64,000 nt of DNA, taken from contig CAJBMM010000005.1 in the NCBI GenBank assembly GCA_903954185.1, forward strand, positions 1,768 to 65,767, written 5' to 3'. How positions within the stretch are numbered: position 1 is the stretch's first letter; the number at the start of each line of letters is the position of its first letter. Origin of the DNA: an uncultured Candidatus Berkelbacteria bacterium. GTDB taxonomy: Bacteria > Patescibacteriota > UBA1384 > CAJBMM01. Shown in pieces: positions 1-7,092 of this stretch. The notes beneath the pieces are model-generated. The model searched no databases and was not told the DNA's origin. It worked only from the letters and a program-made list of their open reading frames with translations. Position numbers and translations under genes: made by a program.

Positions 1-224
1 AGTAACCGTAATTGCCATATTTTCCCTCCTATTGGTTACTTATAGTATAACTGTTTCTGTGGCGATGTTACAACAGGATATTTGTAAGGAATACGTCGCC
101 TCATTACCACACTGTGGGCGGACGCATAGGTGCCGCCCCTACAATCGTTTATACTACACGGCTAACTTTTAGTCATTAGTCCTTAGACCTTAGTCATTCC
201 TATTCCTACAAGCTACTCAGTCTT

Positions 225-3218
225 CTAGACAGCTGTTTCCCTTAACACCTCGTCCACTGTGGTCATACCCTCTAGAGCCTTTAGCAAGCCGTCTTGCTTC
301 ATGGTTATCATACCCTCGATAATTGCTTGTTTCTGAATTTCGCTAGTTGCTGCCTTTTTAATTGCCAAATCTTCGATTGCATCACTCATTGACATAACCT
401 CATAAATTCCAATACGTCCTTTATACCCGTTTTGGCATCGCTCGCAACCCTTGCCATGATAAAACACCAACTCGGACTTTATTCTTGCTCTGTCTTTAGG
501 ATTATTTTCGGGAATTTTATTAAGTTCTTCTTGAATTTCGGCAATTACTGCCGGTGGAATTTGAGCAGGCTCTTTGCAACTTTGACAAACTCTACGCACC
601 AAACGTTGACCCATGATAGCATTTATCGATGAAGTGATAAGAAAAGGTTCTACTCCCATATTAATTAAGCGCGGCAACGCTCCGGGAGCATCATTTGTAT
701 GCAGGGTAGAAAGCACCAAATGTCCTGTTAAAGCAGCGTGTGTGGCCATATTAGCGGTTTCAGAATCGCGAATTTCTCCAACCATCACCACATTTGGATC
801 TTGCCGCAAAACAGAACGTAACCCCTCTGCAAAGGTAAAACCAATTTTTGGCTTAATTTGGGCCTGATTTACACCCGCTATCTCATACTCCACAGGATCT
901 TCTAGCGTAATAATATTAACAGTGGGTGTGCTTATACGATTTAAAATTGCATAAAGTGTTGTAGATTTTCCAGAACCAGTCGGTCCAGTAGAAAGTACAA
1001 TGCCATATGGACGTTTTATTCCCTCGATGATTATATCAAACGCGCGTCCAACTACGCCTAAATCTTCTAAAGACAAGATACCATGTGTTTTATCTAAAAT
1101 ACGAAGCACTATCTTTTCACCGTGAACCGTAGGCATAGAAGAAACACGTAAATCTACTGCCCTATCCTTAAACTTCACATCAAATCTGCCATCTTGAGGA
1201 ATGCGGGTTTCATCAATTTTTAATTTGGCTAATATTTTAATGCGGCTAACAATCGCGGCGTGCTGCTCTAATGGCATTCTTATAACATCTTGGAGCATTC
1301 CGTCTACTCTATATCGGATACGTACATCATTAAGCTCTGCCTCTATGTGCACATCAGATGCCCGCAATGTAATTGCGTAACTTACTATTGCGGCAACCAT
1401 CCGCGGAATAAAACCTTCAACGATAATTTTTTGAAGTTCTTCTACTGTTTGCACGTCTTTATTCAATAATGAACCGAGGTCGTCTTCTTCTACATTTGCC
1501 TGTGGAAGCGTTGGTGGAATAATTGGATTATTTTTATCTGATTGTATTGGAATATTGACTTTTGAGGCCTGTGCGATAGGCGCAGCATTAACGGGTGGAA
1601 TTGGCGTGGGCGGAATATTAACATTCTGAAAAACATTAAAGGTGCCCGAACCCAAACGCGCAGAAGCGGAATCGTCTTTCTCTATAGAATGTGGTGTTAC
1701 TGGCGCTGGCGCAGCAACTGGCGCTGGACTTTCAGATGCATACTGAGTTATTACAACATCATCTTCTTTTTTAACCTGGGCTTTAATTTCTGGTTCAATA
1801 TTCGCCTCGGAACGGTTTGCATGCGCAAGCCCAAGCGAAACCATCGCCTTATGAAAGCCAGACTCTGGTTTTATCGCCTTGGTCTTGATAGCTGATTCGT
1901 TTACAGAATCGGGTTTCTGAATAATCTGTTTGTTTTTTTCTGTTGGAGTTTTTACATTTTCATCATTAAATGGTATAGAGACTTTCTTTGGAACAATTTG
2001 AGGTGATGTAGGTACATTTTTTGGCGGAATCGGTAATGCAGAAACTGGCAATGAATTATGAACGCCTGCAGGAGCATGCACAACATTTGTTTCTGTTGGC
2101 TTGCCAGGTAAGTTATGTGGCATCGACATCGGCGCAGGCAATAGCCACTTTGCCACATTCGCATCTGGTAATTTTAACTTTTCTGTTTCTTCATCATATT
2201 TTGCGATCCACTTATCTAAAATGCCCGAATCGTGTTTTTCGATTATCAATAGGACATTATTATGTTCTTCAATAAAGTGCCAAATACGCTTATCTTCCTC
2301 GCGCTGGTCCCTATCGGTTGCAATGTAATATTTTGGCTTCTGGTTAGGCAATTTTTCTAACTTATATACAACAAATCGATATTTACTGGCAACAGCTTTA
2401 GGAATTTTTAGCATCGCGCTTCGATCTGGGTTTTCTGGCAAGTCCTGGATTCGCTTACCATCATATAGGCTTAGACCGTAATCTATATTGACACTGTCAA
2501 ATTTTTTAATTATAAACTTTATTTTATTATTATCACTAATAAATTTTATAGCTGATTTTACTTTTTCAGAATCAGGATCTTCCGCTGCTAACAAATAGCT
2601 TTCTCCAACCTGACCGTAAACTAACATACGATATTTTATAGCTATAGCGACAGGTATTTTTTGCAGTAACTTGGCATCAACAGTTAGCTTTTCACTCTCG
2701 TTTTTAACTTCTTTTGGCATTGCGGGCGATGAATATTCAGATTCGTTCGGATAAACACTAATCCAACGGTTAAATGAATCTGGCGAAGTAACTACAAGAG
2801 TAAATTGTAGTTTTTCTCTACCCTTAATTTCCGATAACACGCCACGCTTATTTTCTTTAATACGAGCAGGATTTGCCACCGCAACCGTAACTTTATTATT
2901 TTCTTTTTTACAAGCTATAATTTCGTACGAAACACATGCAGATTTAGGAATAATTGTCATTACCGCTAAATCTGGAGTAATTGATAGCTCGGTAAATGGT
3001 AAATTCAATACCTTAGCCATTGCAATATTTATAGCCAATCGATTTACTATATTATGAGACTCTAGATAAGTTGCTAAATCTTTAAGCTCTGGCCAATTGG
3101 TAATTTCATTCTTAATGCCCTGAAGCACTGTGTCATTAATAGAACCAGCCAAACGTAAAAAATCGAGCAAAGATGCTTTCTTTTCGGCTTCAGATTTAGT
3201 AAGCACAGATAAGGCCAT
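225..3218 (-). CDS. pilB: Type IV pilus / type II secretion assembly ATPase (GspE/PilB family), unusually long (997 aa), with repeated GspE-N-like N-terminal domains and a Pro-rich linker
   Basis: C-terminal half carries Walker A GPTGSGKSTT, the conserved Asp/His boxes and the CQSC...CERC tetracysteine motif typical of GspE/PilB. The N-terminal ~500 aa contains three segments resembling the GspE N-terminal domain. A Pro-rich stretch (PAPVAAPAPVTP...) links them to the ATPase. Confidence 0.85.
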   Translation of the reverse strand: MALSVLTKSEAEKKASLLDFLRLAGSINDTVLQGIKNEITNWPELKDLATYLESHNIVNRLAINIAMAKVLNLPFTELSITPDLAVMTIIPKSACVSYEIIACKKENNKVTVAVANPARIKENKRGVLSEIKGREKLQFTLVVTSPDSFNRWISVYPNESEYSSPAMPKEVKNESEKLTVDAKLLQKIPVAIAIKYRMLVYGQVGESYLLAAEDPDSEKVKSAIKFISDNNKIKFIIKKFDSVNIDYGLSLYDGKRIQDLPENPDRSAMLKIPKAVASKYRFVVYKLEKLPNQKPKYYIATDRDQREEDKRIWHFIEEHNNVLLIIEKHDSGILDKWIAKYDEETEKLKLPDANVAKWLLPAPMSMPHNLPGKPTETNVVHAPAGVHNSLPVSALPIPPKNVPTSPQIVPKKVSIPFNDENVKTPTEKNKQIIQKPDSVNESAIKTKAIKPESGFHKAMVSLGLAHANRSEANIEPEIKAQVKKEDDVVITQYASESPAPVAAPAPVTPHSIEKDDSASARLGSGTFNVFQNVNIPPTPIPPVNAAPIAQASKVNIPIQSDKNNPIIPPTLPQANVEEDDLGSLLNKDVQTVEELQKIIVEGFIPRMVAAIVSYAITLRASDVHIEAELNDVRIRYRVDGMLQDVIRMPLEQHAAIVSRIKILAKLKIDETRIPQDGRFDVKFKDRAVDLRVSSMPTVHGEKIVLRILDKTHGILSLEDLGVVGRAFDIIIEGIKRPYGIVLSTGPTGSGKSTTLYAILNRISTPTVNIITLEDPVEYEIAGVNQAQIKPKIGFTFAEGLRSVLRQDPNVVMVGEIRDSETANMATHAALTGHLVLSTLHTNDAPGALPRLINMGVEPFLITSSINAIMGQRLVRRVCQSCKEPAQIPPAVIAEIQEELNKIPENNPKDRARIKSELVFYHGKGCERCQNGYKGRIGIYEVMSMSDAIEDLAIKKAATSEIQKQAIIEGMITMKQDGLLKALEGMTTVDEVLRETAV

Positions 3219-3228
3219 ATTTTAGCCC

Positions 3229-3489
3229 CTATTCTGATGCGTTAAATAGTTGCGCTGGGTTTTTAGAGAGTGTGTCTGCATTAACAGGCACTTGACCAGT
3301 TTTCTTTAATTTGGCGACATAAAGCGCAGCCGTATCAGAAGCACCCTTTATTGCTGCAGGGTCTGCTGAAACAGTGCTGTTCATCGTCTCAATAACCTCA
3401 ATTTTATAAAGGTTTCGATGATAAATAAAACCACCAATTACTGCCCCAACTAAAGCTAATGCAGCTAATATTGGTCCTATTTGCCTCAT
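3229..3489 (-). CDS. small membrane-anchored protein in the pilus operon (function unknown)
   Basis: N-terminal hydrophobic helix ILAALALVGAVIGGFIY. It overlaps the upstream ORF by 4 nt and lies 10 nt from pilB, suggesting co-transcription. Confidence 0.4.
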   Translation of the reverse strand: MRQIGPILAALALVGAVIGGFIYHRNLYKIEVIETMNSTVSADPAAIKGASDTAALYVAKLKKTGQVPVNADTLSKNPAQLFNASE

Positions 3490-4088
3490 TTTACCACCTC
3501 CGGTGCCATACTACTATTAGTATTATTCTGATTTGTCACAACAACTTCAGAGCTTCCGCTTCCGTTAAAAGTCACCATAGATAATGCAATATTTACACTC
3601 GTAGAACCAGCGATGGGTGAAATTATTAGGTTTTTAACATACATTGGTCGAATACTCGATGCAAAAGCATCAAAAAGATTATTTAGCTTAGCAGGATCGC
3701 CCGATACCGAGAGTGTGAAATCATTTTGGTTAGATGCCACGCCACCCGCAATAGATTTAGTTAATGTTGGGCTAAAGCTTGTTACCGTAAAACCCTCAAC
3801 AGTTTTCATTAATGATTCAACCTGTTCAATAGTTTCGGGTAATGCATCGCCCTGTGGCAACCCTGCTAAATCTATTTGCGCCATAGCAGTTTCTAGCGTC
3901 GTCAAAGGTGAGATTATATTATTAATACTCTCTAGCCGAGATTTTTTTGTTTGATTATCCAGCTCTAAAGTTTTTTGAGCCGTCTTAGTATCTTGATATT
4001 TTTTACCGAATAAAAACTGCACGGATACAAAGCAAACCGCAATAATTATAACACATATCATGATAACATTTTTTTGTGCCCCGTTCAT
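3486..4088 (-). CDS. PilO-like pilus assembly protein (N-terminal TM helix, coiled coil, periplasmic domain)
   Basis: Topology (TM IMICVIIIAVCFVSVQFLF followed by coiled coil) and operon position only. The 4-nt overlaps with neighbours are typical of pilMNOP operons. Confidence 0.4.
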   Translation of the reverse strand: MNGAQKNVIMICVIIIAVCFVSVQFLFGKKYQDTKTAQKTLELDNQTKKSRLESINNIISPLTTLETAMAQIDLAGLPQGDALPETIEQVESLMKTVEGFTVTSFSPTLTKSIAGGVASNQNDFTLSVSGDPAKLNNLFDAFASSIRPMYVKNLIISPIAGSTSVNIALSMVTFNGSGSSEVVVTNQNNTNSSMAPEVVK

Positions 4089-4792
4089 TGCATTCCTTTA
4101 TCTGCCTGCACGGCTACAATAGTTGCTAATTTAAGTAAATCGGGGTTTAGTGAAAAACTAATAGAAAAATTGGCTAAATCGCCTCCTAATTCTGCCACTT
4201 TAGCGTTTTTACTAATAGAAGACAGCGAAACTGCAGAAAATACTTTTACCTTTGTGCCAGTTTTTGTTGTGTCGTCGTTTGGATAAATTGTTGTTTCAGC
4301 ATCACGATAAGATACTAACTGGCGAGCGGCCATACCGTAAGCAGAAATATCATCGGTCTCGTTTTTCACCGATGTTGCCTGACCATCTATCTTAACCGCC
4401 AGTTTTTCATCAATACTCATACCAGTAATCGAAACACCGCTTAAAGTATAGGAAGATATTGTAGGCACCACTTTTACCCACGCAGTTCTTCCATCAATTA
4501 ATTTTTTATATGTTTGATATTTAGAAAACAGTTCGACTGATCTAGATTCAACTGTGCCCGTACTCCATTTATTTACGGTTGCGATTTGAGAATCTAACGA
4601 GTCAGACTCAGTTTGCAGGCTTTTTACTCTAGCTGAAGCACGCGTTGAGCTAAAAATGTACCAACCAACCTCGCCAACTGCAACTGCAGCGCAAATAATA
4701 GCCACAATAACCACACTGCCCCATATTGACGCACCTTGATATGGCTCTGGCACCCTTGGTTTTGTAATAAAGTCATTATTCATTAAGCTCAT
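4085..4792 (-). CDS. PilN-like pilus assembly protein (N-terminal TM helix plus periplasmic domain)
   Basis: TM helix SVVIVAIICAAVAVGEVGWYIF and operon context. No PilM/PilC/PilT is present in this window. Confidence 0.4.
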   Translation of the reverse strand: MSLMNNDFITKPRVPEPYQGASIWGSVVIVAIICAAVAVGEVGWYIFSSTRASARVKSLQTESDSLDSQIATVNKWSTGTVESRSVELFSKYQTYKKLIDGRTAWVKVVPTISSYTLSGVSITGMSIDEKLAVKIDGQATSVKNETDDISAYGMAARQLVSYRDAETTIYPNDDTTKTGTKVKVFSAVSLSSISKNAKVAELGGDLANFSISFSLNPDLLKLATIVAVQADKGMQ

Positions 4793-4903
4793 GCCCCTTA
4801 AGCATTAATAATCAATCTATTATAAGTATAAATAAACGCTTACCACAAGTCAACGAACTTCGCGCATCGCACAACTTGTAACGCGTATCGGTATAAAGGA
4901 AAA

Positions 4904-5257
4904 TTATAGTTTAGATATAATGCCCCAAAGCATTGCTCCGATACGATTCGCAACCTGAGCATATTCATCAAAGCTCTTTTTAGGCAAATACCCCTCTTTT
5001 AAACTAAAATCTAATAGATATTCTGACTCTTTATGCGAACCACAAGAAATTTCTAAAAAATTCTTATTCACTTTAGTTTTTACTCGAGCAAGGCCTTAAG
5101 CATAATTCAACATCACCGAAAGCGCTGAACATCTCAATAGAGAAGTAACGCCATATATTTCCTCCTTGGGAAAACTTCTTGTTATGGCATAAATACCGTG
5201 GGCGTAACCACCGATTAATGATTTTAGCTCTTCATGAAATTTGGAAGTGCTATCCAT
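4904..5257 (-). pseudogene. four-helix-bundle protein (23S rRNA intervening-sequence protein / DGR Avd-like family) interrupted by an in-frame TAA at 5096..5098
   Basis: Minus-strand translation MDSTSKFHEELKSLIGGYAHGIYAITRSFPKEEIYGVTSLLRCSALSVMLNYA*GLARVKTKVNKNFLEISCGSHKESEYLLDFSLKEGYLPKKSFDEYAQVANRIGAMLWGIISKL shows the family hallmarks (G.YA.GIY.IT..FPKEE.YGLTSQLRR ... FL.IA.GS..E). Reading continues in frame through a single TAA. It is not in the ORF track because each half is short. Confidence 0.6.
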
Positions 5258-5309
5258 AATAAAATTCCTTTAAAACGATGTGCGATGCGTCTTACACGAT
5301 GCGCAACCC

Positions 5310-7076
5310 CTAGGGGTTATCTGAGACGCTAACCGTTGGAGAAAGCTTAGCCATCCCTGGAGGCGGATTTTGAGCTAGTGAAGAATCGTAGCTAACAGTT
5401 AAATTAACACTATCGGCCGAATCGGGCGTTGACACTCCAGAAAAATCGACATTTTGCCTTGCTACAATTGCCCCCAATAAACTTAAAGATTGACTGCCGC
5501 TAGATGTTAGCCCTATAAAATTATGATTGGCAAAGACAGCGACAGATTTTAAATTCGAATTACCAGATACGTTAGTTTGCCAAGCTACATCTTCGCTAGC
5601 AATTAAACCCAGAGCTGCACCAGAAGATTTTTCTATACTTATGTTTTTTATCGTTAATTTGCCGTTAACATAAATTGTTCCAAGCCCAACATTTGTGAGT
5701 GTTTTTATCGCCGAATCAGATTCGATAGCCAAATCCCCATCTATAAACCAAACGTAACCACCTTTTTTCGGGTTTTTAACAGATGCAGAGCTGTTTGTTA
5801 AATTTTGAGCTGATAAATCTAAAATACCAGACCCACTAGTTAATGGTTTTAGATGAAATACGGGGTCTGCATCACAGCTACCATCACAAGTTAAATCGAA
5901 AGCCTGATTTGCCCCAGAAATAATATTTTTAATACTATGAAAATTTGATTTACTTATTACGAAATCTGGATTTTTGCGAACAAGAGCCAAATTTACATCT
6001 AAATATACATTTCCAGACGCGCTAGAACTTAAATCGGTATTTAAACCGGTTACAGAACCATTATCAATTGAATAACTAACATTTTGATTTGCCGTAGATC
6101 CTTTAACTCCACTCGCAATGTGATCACCTGGTAAAAGCACGTTGGACACATTTGATTGATCTACAGTTATTCCCGAGCCAATTTTAATACTGCCTATTAC
6201 AGCGCTTGCAGGAACAGTCATTAATAATGCGCTTGCCGATGCAACCTGAGATCCGCCTACAGATACGGTAGCCTTTGTGTTATACAAGCACACGCCGCCA
6301 CGATTATTTGTATAATTACCATTACACGATAACGAATTATCATTCACAGGCGTACCCACCATAGATCTTAAACCAACCGTATCACCACTTGTAACAGTAG
6401 TATTGCCAACACTAACAGTTACTCCTGGAATCATAAACGCCATATCATATAAATCTGTGTCGCCAGTTTTCTTTACAAACGAACTGGCTACACTATTTTC
6501 TGTTGGAGTATCGATATTTGGTGTAAACATAATATAACCGATGTTAAAAATGTAGTTACTTTGACCGTTATAAACATCGGCCGATGTAACAGGAAATGCA
6601 ACTAAGCGTGATTTATTGCTTGGCATATTTTGAGCCCCAGTTACGGTATAACGCATTTCGGCTTGTTTACCCGCTTCAATTTGCGGTGAAACTCCGGTTG
6701 CCAAACCGTTCGCAAAAGTAACCGAGCCGCCCAAAGCCTCATTAGTTCCAACATTATACCAACCTCCAGCAGAAGGTGTAGTAAAACCATATGTATCTGA
6801 AAGATATGAATCTTTTAATGATATTGAGCCTGTAGACGCGCCAAAATTGGTTACTACGATAGATATTTTAACAACATCGGTTGGTCTAATTACAGTGGCG
6901 CCAATATTTGTCGATACTGCTTGCCCAGCGACAACTTTAGAAGTTGTGCTTTTAAAGGTTTTACTAGCAATAAATGCTGTGGAATTTGCAGCTTTTATGC
7001 GAAACGAACCAAGAACAACCATGGTAAATAACAATAACGCGCAAGTTAGAAAGTATGTTAAATTTTTTCGATTCAT
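5310..7076 (-). CDS. secreted Ser/Thr/Gly/Asn-rich protein (588 aa) with signal peptide; possible pilus-associated adhesin
   Basis: N-terminal signal peptide MNRKNLTYFLTCALLLFTMVVLGSFRIKAANS. Low-complexity beta-rich composition. No recognisable catalytic motif. Immediately downstream of the 953-aa surface protein on the same strand. Confidence 0.55.
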   Translation of the reverse strand: MNRKNLTYFLTCALLLFTMVVLGSFRIKAANSTAFIASKTFKSTTSKVVAGQAVSTNIGATVIRPTDVVKISIVVTNFGASTGSISLKDSYLSDTYGFTTPSAGGWYNVGTNEALGGSVTFANGLATGVSPQIEAGKQAEMRYTVTGAQNMPSNKSRLVAFPVTSADVYNGQSNYIFNIGYIMFTPNIDTPTENSVASSFVKKTGDTDLYDMAFMIPGVTVSVGNTTVTSGDTVGLRSMVGTPVNDNSLSCNGNYTNNRGGVCLYNTKATVSVGGSQVASASALLMTVPASAVIGSIKIGSGITVDQSNVSNVLLPGDHIASGVKGSTANQNVSYSIDNGSVTGLNTDLSSSASGNVYLDVNLALVRKNPDFVISKSNFHSIKNIISGANQAFDLTCDGSCDADPVFHLKPLTSGSGILDLSAQNLTNSSASVKNPKKGGYVWFIDGDLAIESDSAIKTLTNVGLGTIYVNGKLTIKNISIEKSSGAALGLIASEDVAWQTNVSGNSNLKSVAVFANHNFIGLTSSGSQSLSLLGAIVARQNVDFSGVSTPDSADSVNLTVSYDSSLAQNPPPGMAKLSPTVSVSDNP

Positions 7077-7092
7077 GCCATTCCTTTACTAC

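Noticed and set aside
1-18. Start of a minus-strand gene leaving the window (ATGGCAATTACGGTTACT preceded by AGGAGGGAAAAT)
   Set aside because: Only 6 codons are visible. It is real-looking, given the strong RBS, but cannot be identified.
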